DNA of 64,000 nt, taken from positions 37,907-101,906 of the forward strand of contig CAWAHP010000008.1 in NCBI GenBank assembly GCA_963781875.1, in the 5' to 3' direction. Positions 63,973 to 64,000 of the stretch are shown here, one piece after another. A program made the translations under genes and the position numbers. Source of the stretch: an uncultured Alphaproteobacteria bacterium. GTDB lineage: Bacteria > Pseudomonadota > Alphaproteobacteria > Rhizobiales > Xanthobacteraceae. Within the stretch, counting starts at the first letter, position 1; every line of letters begins with the position of its first letter. Below the pieces are notes generated by a model that saw nothing but the letters and a program-made list of their open reading frames with translations, had not been told where the DNA came from and searched no databases.

Positions 63973-64000
63973 GCTTCGCAGTTATCAGGCCTGTTCGCAG

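Noticed and set aside
63984-64000. Possible 3' end of methylmalonyl-CoA epimerase (..EQA*)
   Set aside because: Only 17 bp are visible; synteny is suggestive but insufficient to call a feature.

Overview
GC-rich core-chromosome segment of an alphaproteobacterium. Gene content and order point to Hyphomicrobiales, probably Xanthobacteraceae/Nitrobacteraceae-like; this is an inference. It carries lipA-lpdA-pdhCBA, ftsB, eno, queF, kdsA-pyrG-secG-tpiA, ppiD-trpEGDC-moaC-moeA-lexA, glnS/gltX-gltA, the lipid A/BamA/translation cluster (lpxB-lpxI-lpxA-fabZ-lpxD-bamA-rseP-dxr-cdsA-uppS-frr-pyrH-tsf-rpsB), dnaE, lolD/lolE and proS. Most genes, including essential ones, are broken by single-base indels, which indicates an error-rich long-read assembly rather than pseudogenes, so genes were reconstructed across frames. 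Main observations beyond the housekeeping backbone: (1) an unannotated 32-aa membrane microprotein under two perfect alpha-type LexA boxes upstream of dnaE (SidA-like SOS division inhibitor candidate); (2) a copper module (DUF2946-like CxxC/RGPP leader, putative outer-membrane protein, CopC, CopD) that looks ribosome-stalling controlled; (3) the same palindromic REP-like element inside the lipoyl-domain linkers of both pdhB and pdhC; (4) a Bacteroidota-like fabH at the end of the lipid A cluster; (5) a palindromic repeat family placed at stop codons; (6) an internally deleted comEC; (7) a suhB/MmgR-like sRNA candidate; (8) recurrent Ser substitutions at GANTC (CcrM) sites. No rRNA, tRNA, CRISPR array, transposase or prophage gene was seen.
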